The notes below the pieces were generated by a model that worked only from the letters and a program-made list of their open reading frames with translations, was not told the DNA's origin and searched no databases. A DNA stretch of 64,000 bases from Octopus vulgaris. Taxonomy: Eukaryota. The stretch spans positions 78,554,001 to 78,618,000 of the forward strand of contig OX597815.1 in the NCBI GenBank assembly GCA_951406725.2. The letters run 5' to 3'. Positions 43,398 to 57,356 of the stretch are shown in pieces. Both the position numbers and the translations under genes were made by a program. The number at the start of each line of letters is the position of its first letter. Positions within the stretch are counted from its first letter, which is position 1.

Positions 43398-43626
43398 CAG
43401 TGCTTCTCAACCAGGGTCCACATGAGATTTTGCTGTTAAAATTTATATGCAATAAATTGGGTATATTTCTATAAACCACAAAATATTTTTTTACACAATT
43501 CATAATACTACTTAATTATAAAAATGTAATGGGACTTTTTTTTAAACATCAAATGTCTATGGGGGGTCTGATAGAGTAAAATACGAATCAAAGGAGTTCA
43601 CAAGCAAAAACAATTGAGAAACACTG
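43398..43626. mobile_element. hAT (Charlie-like) MITE
   Basis: TIRs CAGTGCTTCTCAA / TTGAGAAACACTG with degenerate 8-bp flanks cattaggc/ctttagat. Related ends lie at about 17350-17380 and 20695-20732. Confidence 0.7.
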
Positions 43627-46600
43627 CTTTAGATTCATGAAAGCAGTCCCCTACCCAACCCTGGGCAACTACCCATTGTGTCCATACCTTAAGATGGTAC
43701 TGATCTCAGGATGTTTGATATCAAAGAGTTAATGTAACATTTAACCAATATAGTCATAGGTAAGTCCAAAGGATAGTCATCAATCCCTAAACCAAATTCT
43801 TCGGAATTTCACAGGATTTACATCAAGGCTACCCGACATTACAATGGACTTTATATTAACAAGGGAAAAAGAAAAAAATAAAGACTTATGAAGAGGAAGT
43901 TTCAAACATAAGTGGAGAAAAACTGCACCTGAAAGGAAATAAAGTAATTTTATCAGTTCCTTCTTTTGTTGTCATTGAAAGCCACTCCTTCATGTGTCCG
44001 AAGTATGGTACAAAGCTTTTATAACTTTATACAGCCAATCCTGTGCTTAGTGTTTCCCCTCTGATTAGTTTTGAGACGTTCCTGGGACATACATACAAGT
44101 ACCAACCTAGTTTGATAATACTTGACTTTAGGAAAATATGGTTATTGTTGTAGTTTAAACCCAAGCTAACCCTGGTTAAGTAGATCTATGACCAGAGACA
44201 TTCTAATCATGACCACCCTGTCTTTCTTTTTTTCTTTTTAGGGATATGTCCAGAATTATGTTGTTCAATATCATCATTTAAAAGTTCATATTCCATGTTG
44301 GCATAAGTTGGATGGTTTGACAGGGTTCGATGGGTCTCAAAGACTGCAGCATACTCCACTGTCTCTTTGGCATGGTTTCTATGGCTAGATGCCTTTCTTA
44401 ATGAGAACCACTTTACAGCATTGTTTCTTTATGAAAGTTGGATAAGATTCGAAGGCTATTTAATTGCTGTTTCTACCAAATTGAGCAACTACAAGGGAGC
44501 TCTTTCAGTGACCCATGAAATTTGATATATATTTGTAGATAACTTGATTAAATTTTATAAATTCAGTCGAATATCTATATAGAATGAAGAATATATATTA
44601 CTATAACATTGTAGTTCAAGGTTTCAAGTCACACACAATTCAGTGTCCATATCATCAAGCGTATGCAACTTATATTCCTACACACACACACACAAAGTGC
44701 AATCATGGCTGTATGGCTAAGAAATTTGCTTTACAGTTGTATATTCCCAGGTTCAGTTCCACTATGCAGCAAATTAGGCAATTGTCTTCCACTATAGCCT
44801 GATTATTTCTAGCATATCAAACCATACCTCACTAGATGGAAATCAAGGGAATTTTATTAAGTGAATAGTTTTTTTTAAGCCCCAAATTAGCTTTGAACAA
44901 TCAGATTGTCAATCAAATATGTTCCTGGTGTGACCTGCTGTCCTTTTGTATAAACATTTAAAATAAATATCAGGGACCAATATTTAAGATTGTATGATGT
45001 AATATGAATTGGCTGGAATTTCTAGCAGGCTAAGAGATCAAATAAAGGCTTCCTCTTTGTCCCAAGTACAGTGAGAGAGAGAGAATAAACAATGTATTTC
45101 CAGTATACCTAAAACAATTTAATAATGGTTTCTAATTTTAGGCACAATGCCAGATATTCTAGAGGGAGGGTTTACTCAATTAACACAGTACTTGACTAGT
45201 ATTTTTATTTTATTAATTCCCAAAAGAATGAAAGGCAAAGGTGATCATGCTAGAATTTGAATTCAGAATGTAAAGAACCACAACTAAATACTACAAAGCA
45301 TTTTCTAGTGCACTAACAATGCTGCTAAGCCACTTACTCAGATGATAAGACAACCAAATTAAGAACAAATGAAAAATAAAATAATTCAAAAATATTTTAT
45401 CTGAAATAAAGAATATGTTGAAAGCACTTTTGTTTTAAAAATTTACCTGATAGCAATTATTAATCTCAATATATTTTATATTACGTCCTGATGCAAGCAT
45501 AGTTGTGTAGCTGTGAGGTTTGCTTCCCAACCACATGGTTTGAGATTAAGTAGCACTAAATGGCACCTTAGGCAAATGACATATGTAATCCCAGGTCAAC
45601 TTAAACCTCATGAGAGGATTTAGTAAGATGGAAACTGAAAGAATCCTGTCATATGTGTGTATGTCTCCTTGTCTAGATATAGCATGATATTTGTAAACTA
45701 GTATCCCTATCATACAAGCAGTGTTGTTTCCCCATCTTCTGTGAAAACATGCCAAACTATGGGAAAATATTGCCTTGTTTTGGAAACAGGTGAAGGTTGA
45801 TGACAGGAAGAGTATTCAAAAGTAGAATTGACTGCTTCAACACATTCCATCTGACCTATGCAACCACAGAAAAGTGAATGTTGAAAATAATGGTAGTCTG
45901 TAAATACATTGCTATGTTGGTTATAGGTTTCCAACAGGTCAATCACTGGTTCAGTGCAGTCTGGCAGCAAGAGTGACAATGGATTTCAGTACAACTAGGA
46001 TAAAATATCACACAGATTATTTTATTTGGAAGCACCATTTTTTTTTTGTTTTGTTTTTTTTTTTCTTATTGGTGAAAAATATACACATACATAACATATA
46101 AGACAGGCTTCAGTTTCTCTCTAGCAAATTCTACTCCCAAAGTATTGGTCAACCTGAAACTATGGTAATAGGCATTTACTGAAAGTGCCACGCAATAGGA
46201 CTGAACCGGGAGCCCGGTGGTTATTAAACAAATTAAACCATACAGCTATGTCTGTACTCATAAAATATTTTATATATAGTGATTGCTTGCTAATAGGAGT
46301 GATCTGATCATCAAAATATTAACTACATAGAATTTACTTTATAATTGCATTCAAATTTATTAGGTCATTTATTTGATTATCTATTAGACATTTTGACTAA
46401 GACCTAACCAATTAAAAACTGGTTAACAACAAACAAAGCAAATAAGTTTATTTTGTTTACTTTTTATTACTTTTTTATCAAAATTTTAATATATTGATTA
46501 AACGAATTAAGTTATCAAAACATTCTTCAGTGGAAAAATAGTATTTGAGAAATTCCATATTTTATAAGTGTTATCATTTATTTAATGCAAGAAATTATCA

Positions 46601-47862
46601 CTGAGGGAAATTTTATTATTGAACACTATATGACCAATAAATAGAAATCAAATAATAGATCAGATGTTAAATATTTCAATTGAAACTGAACGTAAATAAA
46701 ATTAGCTATATACTGTATCATTTGAGCTAACAATGTTTTCCTTCATAAGCTTTACAACTTCCAAACTACTTTAACCAAAACAGACAGTATAACAATAAGA
46801 CCATTTTTCATAAATGGAAATATTTATAATGGACTAAGGTAAAATGAAAATGTCAATTGAATCATATTCAGAGCTTTTTTTTGTTTTTATTTAAAAAAAA
46901 GTTTACAGTCCCTCGTACATTGTTCATGATAAAACTAAATCTGTTTCCTTTCTTTGCTTTTAACTTGTTCTAAACCTCTAAGTTGTCACTAACCAGTAAC
47001 TGCTGAGATGCAATCCTTGAAACATGTTACACAAAATAAAACAATTATCAACTCTTGTTATTTCTATAACAGAAATACTAAAATTTCCATCTTCATACAT
47101 TCAAGACTATATTTTTGAAAACAATAATCGGCTAAACTAAATGTTAACCCATATCACAGTAAGATATTTCCCAGTGACTTCATAATCTATATAATGATTT
47201 CAAATTTTGGCACTAGGCCAGCAACTTTAGAGGAAAAAGCTAAATCAACTACATCAATTCCAGTACTGAACTGGTACTTTCTTACTGACCTCTGCAGCAT
47301 TTGAACTCAGAATGTAAAGCTGGAAGAAATACCATTATGCATTTTGTTCAGCTTGTTGACAATTCTGCCACATTGCCACATTTTTCTTTCAAATGTTGGC
47401 ACAAGGCCACAGTTTGAGAGGGCAGGGGTTAAATGATTACATCAACCCAGTACTTGACTGGTACTTATTTTATGAACCTCTGAAAGATGAAAGGCAAAAT
47501 TGACGTCAATAGGATTTGAACTCAGAATGCAAAGAACCATAAGAAATGTTGCTAAGCATTTAGCCCAAAATGTTAATGATTCTGCCAGCTTGCCACCCTT
47601 ACAATGTATATAATAAAACTAAAATTTGAAAGTAAGGAAAATTTAAATAAATAGCAAGAGATCCAATATTAATGTGTGTAATTTATTCTTACAGTCATTC
47701 ATCTTATAACAGCCGTCTTTTAATCAATAACAAATCCAGTAACACCCTATAACATTCAGCCAATAGAATAGGCATCCTTGTATGGCTCCTGTTTATAATA
47801 CATATTGTATATATAATATACAGTAATAAACATAATGTAGTCTTGTGACTTGAAACATAAAA

Positions 47863-48197
47863 CTATACATCTTTTACAGTGCCCTTACAGTATTTACAGG
47901 GCAAGAACTTGCGACCACCATATGGAACAGCATCACATAAGTTGCTGTCTATTTCAGAAAACAAATCCAATATCTTTCTTGCAGTGGGGTTATCTTCTTC
48001 CATGTTACATTTTTGAATTAATTGTTCAGATTTAGATGTATTACGAAGAGGCACTGGTGACAGATCTGCGTTTTTCTCAAGCTGTGATTTAAAAGCCTGG
48101 TCTTCTGGCAAATCGGCTATATGTTCCATTGATTCACCTGCTACAATAGCCTCGACTACACTTTCAGATGAATTAGTGCTGCTGTAGTCTGGCCAAT
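47863..48197 (-). CDS. GOLGA2: GM130 terminal coding exon with stop codon
   Basis: ttttccag| acceptor, phase 1. (D)WPDYSSTNSSES...EDNPTARKILDLFSEI...FLPCKYCKGTVKDV*. DNPTA..I..L..E is the GM130 C-terminal signature. Confidence 0.92.
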
Positions 48198-48639
48198 CTG
48201 GAAAAAGGAAAAGTTTTATTTATTCAGACATCTTAATGAAAAATTTGCATTTATTTAAAAAAGAAAATTATCCAATATATTAAATATAAAAAGTTGCCCA
48301 GATCAAGGATTTTTTAATTAACTTCTTTCCAAAACTTTCTGATAAACTAAGCATCAAACTAGTACTGACTCGGCGTAAACAGTATATAAGTTCAGATTTT
48401 AGGTACCGAGATTTACATCAAAACTAATTTTGTTTTAAAGTTTTATGAAACAAGGGACATAACTTTACAGGAAATATGAAATTTCTTAAAGGTTGTCTCC
48501 CTTAGTATATCAGCATATTTAAATGCTGATCATGTAAATGTTAATCTAAGAGGAAGGAAGTTTATAAGTTATCAGGACAAGATAAGAAAAGAAACATGCA
48601 ATCGCAGCTGAAAATGTAGATAGAATAATTAATTCTCAC

Positions 48640-48838
48640 CTTCTGGATATTTACTAAGCCCGTTCATAACTGTAGCACCATGTAGGTGGGGTTGAATATC
48701 ATTTGAATGGTTTACATTGCTATCTTCACTGTTCTGATAATCCTTGGACAGTAAAGTGTCACTTATTCTTGCATTTGATAGATTGCCTTTATTGTGTAAC
48801 ATTTGCACCACAAGTCCTTGTAATTTGGCTAGCTTACC
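48640..48838 (-). CDS. GOLGA2: GM130 penultimate coding exon
   Basis: tttgaag| and |gtgaga, 199 bp, phase 0-1. GKLAKLQGLVVQMLHNKG...KYPE, compare KLLELQELV. Confidence 0.88.
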
Positions 48839-49463
48839 CTTCAAAAATAAATAAATAAAAGTTGAATTAATATATATCTTTTAATTAAAAAAAAATTCTA
48901 ATACTCCTTGTCATTACTCTATACAAACAATATAATGAGCATTATTTAACATCCACTTTTCCATGCTTGCATGAATCAGATGGAATCTTGTTTTCTACAG
49001 CCAGCTGCCTTTTCCGTCTCCAACCACACTTGTTTCCAAGCAAGGTAATATTTCTCATGGTCAGACATGTTTTTCATAGAAGACTGGAAATGAACAACAT
49101 CACTTGTTTGTAAATTAGTATCCCTATCATACATCACATGATATCAAGACAAGGGTATACACACACGCACGTGTGTGTGTGTGATGGGCTTCTTTCAGCT
49201 TCTGTCAACAAAATCCTATTTGGTCAGCCTGTGACTTTAATAGAAAACACTTGGTCCAAGTGGAATGATAAAACGAAGGACAAAATAAAAAGGATCCAAA
49301 CATGAAAAGTATTTCTATAAATATTTCTTATTTTATGACCTATAAGGCAACTTCACATGTGTTAGTGCCATTATGATTCCACCCAAGACACAGAAAAGCA
49401 GAGATGTGGGTTCAAGAGGCCCCTGTAGTCTTGACAAAGATGTGACAACCATTCTAATGCTTA

Positions 49464-49847
49464 TCTCTCTCTATATAAACGGCAGTTTGTCTGTGCGTTT
49501 TCTGTGTGTCTGTTTTCTCGTACCCTCACTCTGACCACGGCTTTCAACCGATTCTGATGAAACTTGACACACACATAGCCCAATGTCATAATTCAAAACT
49601 AACGCAGCGAAAATTTTGAAAAGTTCCCCCACTTCTGAAAAAGATCGATAAATTCGACATGGGGTCGAGAATCTGAAACCCAAACCACAGACCGTCTAGG
49701 GGACGCAACTCCACCTTTTTTATCCCTCAAAAAAAATTTACCATCATTTTTTTCCCATTTTTTTGCTATTTTTTGGCTATAACTCTCTAAAAATGCTTTA
49801 TAGTTATTTCCCTTACAAACCTGAGCAACGCCGGGCGATACTGCTAG
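49464..49847 (+). mobile_element. Non-autonomous Helitron-like element, copy 3, in a GOLGA2 intron
   Basis: a|TCTCTCTCTATATAAACGGC ... CCTGAGCAACGCCGGGCGATACTG-CTAG|t. Confidence 0.82.
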
Positions 49848-51411
49848 TACATTGATAAAATGCCTGCATCGCATGGTACTGGGGTATTTTATCCTAGTAC
49901 ACTTCCTAACACCAACCACTATCAGCAAGAAGTGCTCCTCTACTCTGCTAGAGTAGAGGAGCACATCATCCAACCCATATCAGCATGGAAGACATATATA
50001 AAACCACAACGAAAGGATTCTCTTGCAGCCATTAAAAAAAAAAAATTTTGACAGCTGTTATGCTAAACAGTTAATGAAGGGATTATTGAGAGAATAGTAC
50101 TGACCCACAGAATGTTTTTGCAACTATCAGCAGTTTACATTCATTCTAGACCTATTTTCACAATAAGTAATCTCAACAGCTGTTCACCAATGTATTGATC
50201 CAAGCAGGATATGAGAAATACATGTTAGAATAGATTTGTTGGTCATGAAATTTCTGTTCAGATGATAAAGTAAGAAGAGGTGTAATTATAAAACCTAAAG
50301 AATAGAATTCCCATTTAGCCCAAACCTACTCTAACTGAGAAGACCATCTCATCTTTTCATATATCTATAATGATTTTATCTGATATGACATTCCTTTTTT
50401 AAGATAACAGGGTGTGATTAGAGGGTGATTTAGCCACAGTTTCTAGCAAGTCAAGCACTCACACAGAGGCTCAGAATACAAGAGTCTCCTAGTATAGCTG
50501 TGTTAGGACATATTCTTCACCAATGGCATCATTCCTATCCTTAGTTACATGTCATCAACTTGGCAAGCAACATCACCACCTCAGTTTAACCAGTGCAAAT
50601 GATAAATCAACTTATGGAGATGTGCAGTGATGGTCCATAACCAAACTGACATTAAGATGGCAAATACCCATTGACTCAACACTGAGTTCAAATCCAGCTG
50701 AAGTCAAATTTGCCTTTCTCCCATTGAAGTGGATAAAAAATGTTTCAATCCTGGGTGTAACTTGGCAGAACTGTTAAGAAATATTGAACCAGAACCTTTG
50801 CATTATGTGTTCCAGCTCTTTGTATTCTGAGTCCAAATCATGCCATGGCCTACTTGGATGATAGACATAACTCATCACCAATTTTAACACCACCATCTGA
50901 CGTCTTAAGCACGAATTGTATCTTCCTCAAACCCATCAAGTTAAAATAAAAAGTGATATCTATAACAAGGAGGAGAATACAGAGACCTATGACACAGAGG
51001 ACAACTGGAAGTTTCTACATGATAACCTGCAGAAAGCTAGATGAGTTAGGCAACTGGGGTTGGGCTCTAGTTGGGTAAAGAAGAGTCAGAAGATTCAAGT
51101 GAAAGAAAACTGTGGAAGTTGAAGACCTAAGCAGGAGCGGTGAAAATTGATCTTAAGATGCTGAATCTTTCATAGGAGATGACAAAGAACACAAGTGGTT
51201 GTTGCGATACTGTGTTGGAAAGGACCCATCCAACTCATGCAAGCATGGAAAAGTGGATATGAAAATCATAATGATGGAACATATGTGAGTTGCAAATTAA
51301 ACAGGGAATGAAAAATTTTTTAAAATCAATAACAATCAAAAGTTACCAACTCAAATACAGACTGATAAGTCAAAAGGTAGGGAGTATTAAAAAAACAATT
51401 TAAGAACAAAC

Positions 51412-51518
51412 CTGTAATTCTTCTCTGTCTTTGGATAGTCGAGAAATATAATCATTCTTCTGGAATTCTCGCTGCTGTAATAAGGCTCTTTGGTGATGGT
51501 AGAGAGAAATATACTCTC
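51412..51518 (-). CDS. GOLGA2: GM130 coding exon
   Basis: gtttcag| and |gtttgt, 107 bp, phase 1-0. (G)EYISLYHHQRALLQQREFQKNDYISRLSKDREELQ, compare GEYIALYQSQRA...EYISRLAQDKEEM. Confidence 0.95.
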
Positions 51519-52413
51519 CTGAAACATCAAAGTAATTATATTGAAATCAGCAGAACAGAAAAGAAAAATCAAAGAAATTGAAAGAAGAAAAAAACCCCAA
51601 GAACTTAAGATTCTGATCTACCAACTTCAAGATACTTTATTTCCTTTCTTTTGTTTACTCATTTAATTTACAGAAATATCAATTGAGCAAGTACGTGATA
51701 GTTTCCTCATCATAAAACAGCTCTCCAAATATAGATGGAACTGTATTGTGAATGTTCAATGAACTACTGTACATATGAACTATTGGTTGTAAGAGATTTA
51801 CAGTCGTATGTTTTTATTACCAGGCATAGCTGTAATGTATAAGAGGCACTTTCTTTTATATTTTCATCAGTTATAGTTATTGGCCAAGGGTCACACTGGG
51901 GAACTACTTTCAAGGATTTTAATCAATTTTAATCAGTACTTTATCTAATAATTGTTTTATCAATCCCATAAGAGAGAAAATACAAGTCAACCTTAGCATA
52001 CAGGAACATAAACTGCAAAAAATATCGAAGTATCTTTTGTTCAAAGCACCAATTTTTATCATCCCACAGATAAACATGCACACATACACATCCCGATGAG
52101 CTTTCACACAGCTTTTGCCAACAAAATTTCAGTCAGTCTTTGTTGACAATTTAAGTGACAAATCTTTGTTAGGAAATAAGATGCCATACAGTAGGATTGA
52201 ATTCAGAACCATGTGGTAGCAAAACAAGCTTCTTGACTAAAGAGCCACAGCTGTGCTATATTTACAGATATGTAGACATATAATAACTGAAAAATTATGC
52301 CAATAGTTTCAAGACAGGAATAGACAATTCAACAAAGATAGACTGGTTCAAGGGAAGTAGCTAAGATATGGATCCCATCATTGTGCTGCAAAACCTGATC
52401 AATAGCTACATAC

Positions 52414-52516
52414 CTATTGTATCTGTTTCCCCTTGTAATTGCAGCACCAAGTGTTCAAGTTGGTCAGCTTTGTCAGATAGATCTGCTTTATCTCTCATTG
52501 CTCGAGTATATTTCTC
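52414..52516 (-). CDS. GOLGA2: GM130 coding exon (conserved LQGETDTIG motif)
   Basis: cattacag| and |gtatgt, 103 bp, phase 0-1. EKYTRAMRDKADLSDKADQLEHLVLQLQGETDTI(G), compare GM130 EKADL...ELEH..IQLSGETDTIG. Confidence 0.95.
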
Positions 52517-53534
52517 CTGTAATGGAAAGAGTGAAATTTTTAGAAAAACGATTTATTCTCACTCCTTTAATTTCTCACAAAGCTTCTATGCAGTCACTCA
52601 ACTTTCTAGAAATCTACCAATTTTTATTTAAGGAAAATAAAATCTTGGCAAACTTTAGTTTCATATAAGTTATCCCCCAAAATATAAGATGTTCATGACT
52701 AGAGTGCCTTTGATCCAATGCTTGGCTGGGGCTAATAAACATCACCAAATAACAAAAAAAAATACTAATTGTCTAAGTTAATCTAAAGGAGATAGACAAA
52801 TTAAGAATACAATAAGTGGCCAAATATTTGGTGGTGGTTCATAATATATATTCCTAGCTTAATTTTTTCATCATACTGACATTGTTTAGATAGCTTTCCA
52901 ACTTCAATATTTCTCAGGATTGTTGAAGTAAATGTTTTACAGGTAACTATAAACCAACCAGCTGACTAAACTTAAGATCACATGTTACCGAGTAACTCTG
53001 GTCAGCTCTGTTTCAGTGGACCAGCTATATGGAGGTCAGCTTATCAAGTAATTAGAATCAAGGCCTAAAGTTGCCAGCAGAATATACACCAAAACCCTCC
53101 TCTCATTGTTACAGCAGTAGCCCATACTGTCCTAATTGATAAGATATAAATAACCAGTCTATTTTTTTTTTTTGAAAGAATTTTTTTTTTTGCAAGAATT
53201 TTGTTTGACACATTGAGTTGAATGGCTACATAGAAAGAAGCTCATTGTCTATCAAGTAAAAAGGGGGCAACATTTAAATATAACTTCTAACTTAATATTT
53301 GGTTATGTTATACATTTGATCAATACATTTGATCTGCTCTTAAAAATCTTTTTGAACTAATTTTTTCCCCCACCTCTCTGGTTATGTTACATCTTACGTA
53401 TAAAACCATTTTATCGTGATTGGGTCCATGAACTCAGCAGCTGTAAATTGTATTAGAGCAACCAAAGTAGATCACACAAATACACGGAAATGACAGCATC
53501 AGGTGAGGAAATATTTTATTCAATTTCAACTAAC

Positions 53535-53605
53535 CTGGATTGCTTCCATAGTTTTCTTTAATTTATCAAACTCAACTCGGCTCACTATGTTCTCATCGGG
53601 ATTGG
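53535..53605 (-). CDS. GOLGA2: GM130 coding exon
   Basis: tgaacag| and |gttagt, 71 bp, phase 1-0. (T)NPDENIVSRVEFDKLKKTMEAIQ. Confidence 0.87.
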
Positions 53606-53659
53606 CTGTTCAAAAATATAGGATACAGTAAATTATTAACAAGCTGGATAGATAAATTA

Positions 53660-54971
53660 CACTGGGCAACAAGAAAATTTTTTGTCTGGTACCTGGAATA
53701 TTTCAATGAATTCATAAATGATTTTGCCTGCTAAATTCAAAAATAACTTCAGTTTTTCTCTATCAGGTCTAGTCAGAAAACTAGACCTGATAGAATAAGT
53801 ATTTTATTCATACAAGAGGCATACAATATGAAGCAATAAAGAGAGCATAACACAAAACAAAGTACAAATATAAATTCAAAATTGGAAATACATATTAGCA
53901 AAGATTTTTGCCAGAAAATTCTCAAGGAATAAATTTATGCTTCTTTGCGCACCATGAATGTTGAGCAACAGGAATATCTCGTTTTAAACACCAGCAATCA
54001 TCTGCATCCCAACATCCTTGGTACAGGGTTTCCATCTCCTTGATGTCCTGAGGAATCATTCGTCTTGTTCATCATTAACATCTCCAAGATATTCAGGAGA
54101 GCAATCAAGATGACAAAAAAGATAATGCATTTTGATGCTCATATTTGCATCAATATCATGAAAAACTGATATCAAGTTGGTAACAAGTTCTTTATAATTT
54201 TCACTTTTGTGTTTCACAAGGAAATTTTGCACTACTTCTGCAAAGGTTAGCCAAGCTGATGCTTCATTTTCGCACATTGTTTTCACAAAATTTGTGTCCT
54301 TCAAGAGCTTACAGATCTGTGGTCCATCAAAAATCCTTGTTTTAAGTTATTCAATTGTCAAGTCTGGAAATACACTGCAGATATACTTGAAGCACTCCCC
54401 ATTTTTGTCAAGAGCTTTGACGAATTGCTTGATCAATCCAAGTTTGATGTGCAAAGTGGGGAAAATGATCTGATCTTGCTTAACCAAAGGTTCTTCCAAT
54501 ATATTGGCAGCTCTATATGGAGCCATATTTATTTGTTCAAGGCAGCCAGCCTTTCTTAAAATAGTGATTTACTCGGTCTCTACTGTCCCACAAGCAAATA
54601 TATGGGTATTTTGTATAACCAGATTGCTGTCCCGTGAGAAAATTCACTAGTGTCATCTTCAGGTGATAAATCTTCTTTGGTTGAGGGTAAAGCTATCTGA
54701 AGCAAGACATTGAAGACTGGAAGAGGAAGCTCTTCACCGTGTGGAACTAGTCTGATACCAGAGGCAAGATTAGGATAGACAAGTGTTTGTCGATTTTTCC
54801 AGTAAATAACCTTTCAAATTTAGGTTACAAAAATAGTCGTCCATGTGATTATAGGGCTCAATAACTTAAAAACTAGACCTAATAGGTCAAAAAGAAGGTT
54901 ATAGTTGGATTCCCGATTTTGTATAGGAATGATGTCTATTTCCTAAACACCAAAAACCTTGTAGACCAGTG
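53660..54971 (-). mobile_element. Chapaev3-like (CMC superfamily) DNA transposon relic in a GOLGA2 intron
   Basis: TIRs CACTGGGCAACAAG / CTTGTAGACCAGTG, with TTA on both sides (53657-53659, 54972-54974). Transposase remnants FPTLHIKLGLIKQFVKALDKNGECFKYI, IFDGPQI and MSIKMHYLFCHLDCSPEYLGDVNDEQ. Confidence 0.8.
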
Positions 54972-55106
54972 TTATCTTATGGTAGAAACAGCAGTAATAC
55001 CACAACTAACAGTTGGGGTAAACATTCAAATGTATTATAATCAATTTCTGAAGTAAAGTTAAAAAAATAAAGGCATAAAATTATTATCAAATAAATCACT
55101 ACTTAC

Positions 55107-55245
55107 TGGTCATTTTTAATTGTTCCTCTACATCAGCAACTTTCACACTCAAATTATCAGACAGATTTCGCTGATCATTCAAATTTTCAATTAACTGGTT
55201 GCGTTCAGCTTCCAGTTGACAAATAGTAGCTTGTAAGGACCCAAT
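55107..55245 (-). CDS. GOLGA2: GM130 coding exon
   Basis: ctttcag| and |gtaagt, 139 bp, phase 0-1. IGSLQATICQLEAERNQLIENLNDQRNLSDNLSVKVADVEEQLKMT. Confidence 0.88.
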
Positions 55246-56374
55246 CTGAAAGACAAAGAATAGAAAAGTAAATTCCTATAAAATACATACACAGATGAAA
55301 CTATATTCAATACTATGATTATCAGAATATTTACCATAAGGTAAAAAGTACTTTAATAATACAGAGAGCTTGTCTACAATAGTTTAAAACAATGTTCAAT
55401 GGAAGTGAAACCAAAAATTTAAACCATCTCCCTCCAAATGAAATGCCACAACTTCTTTTGCTAGAATTTTCAGATTGAACATTCTTCAGTGCAAATCCAT
55501 CTAAGTTAGTCTGCTTGATACCAAAGAGGTGGTAATAGTGATGCTTGCTCTTTATATCCAGATCAGCTCTGATCTCTTGAACCTATGATCAAAGTGTTCT
55601 ATCAATGACTATTCTATCAGGCCTATGACAGGCATATGGAGGAAGGGTTCATTCAACAAATTTCAAAAATTGCTTTGACCATCTTAGATGGTACATTTGA
55701 AACTTCATCTTTATCCATGCATCTATTTCCCATGTGCTCTTATAATTATTGTTCTAGCACATCTGCCACAAACAAATTCTACTCTGTTAACATTCCTTTG
55801 ATTTGGCATGCAAAATATTTTACTTTATTAAAGTTTCTAACAGGATGAGTGACCACACTGATGTTCAATGGCCATCAGAAGGACCTCTAAGGGGCTGTTA
55901 CATTGAGAAAGCTACAAGTTAATCATTTGCAGAACATGAATGACCAGCAGTGGCCAAAGAAGGTACTGAATTCTGGTTGATTTGTCATTCTCATCAAAGA
56001 CATCCAAAGAAATGGAAAAGTAACAATATACACTCCAATCTTCAATAACTACATGCATTGTTTTAAAACTCGAGATAAATTGTTATGGGGGACACAAATT
56101 TGGGAGGGTTTATTTATTTGAACAATTGTTTTAACGGCAGGATGCCCTTTCTCACAACTAATTACTGAACCATAAAATAGGGAGTGGAACTTGTTTTGAT
56201 ACAATCCAGAATAATCACAGATACTTTGTTCAGAGGTACAATGCAATGATTGTCATAAGGTGAAATTTTAAATGGTCAGTAGTTAAATACAAACACCCAG
56301 CCATTATACTTTATATTGCAAGAAACAATTACAACAGATAATGAAAGTAAAAATCAAAGCTCGAATTTACTAAC

Positions 56375-56488
56375 AATAGTGTCACTCTTCTCATCCTTTG
56401 ATTCATCATAAATATCTTTGTTATCACGTGACTTTACAAGCATATTCCTCAACTCAGAATTCTGTGTTGTAAGAGCATTCATCATATC
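56375..56488 (-). CDS. GOLGA2: GM130 coding exon
   Basis: cttctag| and |gttagt, 114 bp, phase 0-0. DMMNALTTQNSELRNMLVKSRDNKDIYDESKDEKSDTI. Confidence 0.85.
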
Positions 56489-56645
56489 CTAGAAGTAAAT
56501 AAATAAATGAGTATTCAATTACTTAGATAAAGATATCACATAAACATTTCAAAATTCATCAAAGTAATGAAAATGTTTGAAACCAATGTTACTAGGTTAA
56601 TTAATGTAATTGAAATTACATTTTCTTACTCTGCTAGAGTAATTA

Positions 56646-57156
56646 CCGTAAATCCTCAAGTATAATCCGCATTTTTTCCCCCAAATTTAATGGTCAAAAT
56701 CCCGAGTGCGTATTATATATGAGGTTAAAAATGAAAATTATTTTCTAAGCAATGTCCGAGTCTCTATTTGCTGTCCGGCAATGTTTATTCAGACACATTT
56801 TGTGATGTCGGGCGCGAAAATACCTTAAGCTAAACCTGAAAGCAATGAAGTCATAAAAGAATCATCCATAACTTGCAGTAAGCAACATTTATTAAAATAA
56901 AAGTATTCAGAACACAGAATAACATAACAAGAACAATTTGCAAACATATTTACATTCCCATATAACAGTTAAGAACATTACCATTATTGTATTACACATG
57001 CGTGGAAGTGTTTGTTCGACTAGGTGCCGCTGGCTTAATTACGCACGACTCAAGGGGTATGTATTATACCCAAGGTTTAGGTTTTTCAGAGGTGCAACCC
57101 CCTAAAAATCCCCTGTGTATTATACTCAAGGGCGGACTATACTCAAGGATTTACAG
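56646..57156. mobile_element. Tc1/mariner-superfamily (pogo/Tc2-like) MITE
   Basis: ta|CCGTAAATCCTCAAGTATAATCCGC ... GCGGACTATACTCAAGGATTTACAG|ta, with TA TSD and internal subterminal gtattatac repeats. Confidence 0.82.
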
Positions 57157-57197
57157 TATATTGAAATTTAAATCCAAAAATATAAAAATTCAGAAAC

Positions 57198-57356
57198 CTG
57201 GGAGGCAGACAGTTCTCTCTGCAGTGTTTCTACTAACTGTGCTTGGGCTTCATAATGGCGCAGTCGGTCCTGGATTTGCTCCTGCTGATAATTTTCTCTC
57301 TGCAAATTGTCAGCACACTTTTGGATCTCATCCAGTTTTAGATCCCGTGAAGCAAG
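57198..57356 (-). CDS. GOLGA2: GM130 coding exon
   Basis: ttgttag| and |gtttct, 159 bp, phase 0-0. LASRDLKLDEIQKCADNLQRENYQQEQIQDRLRHYEAQAQLVETLQRELSASQ. Confidence 0.88.
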
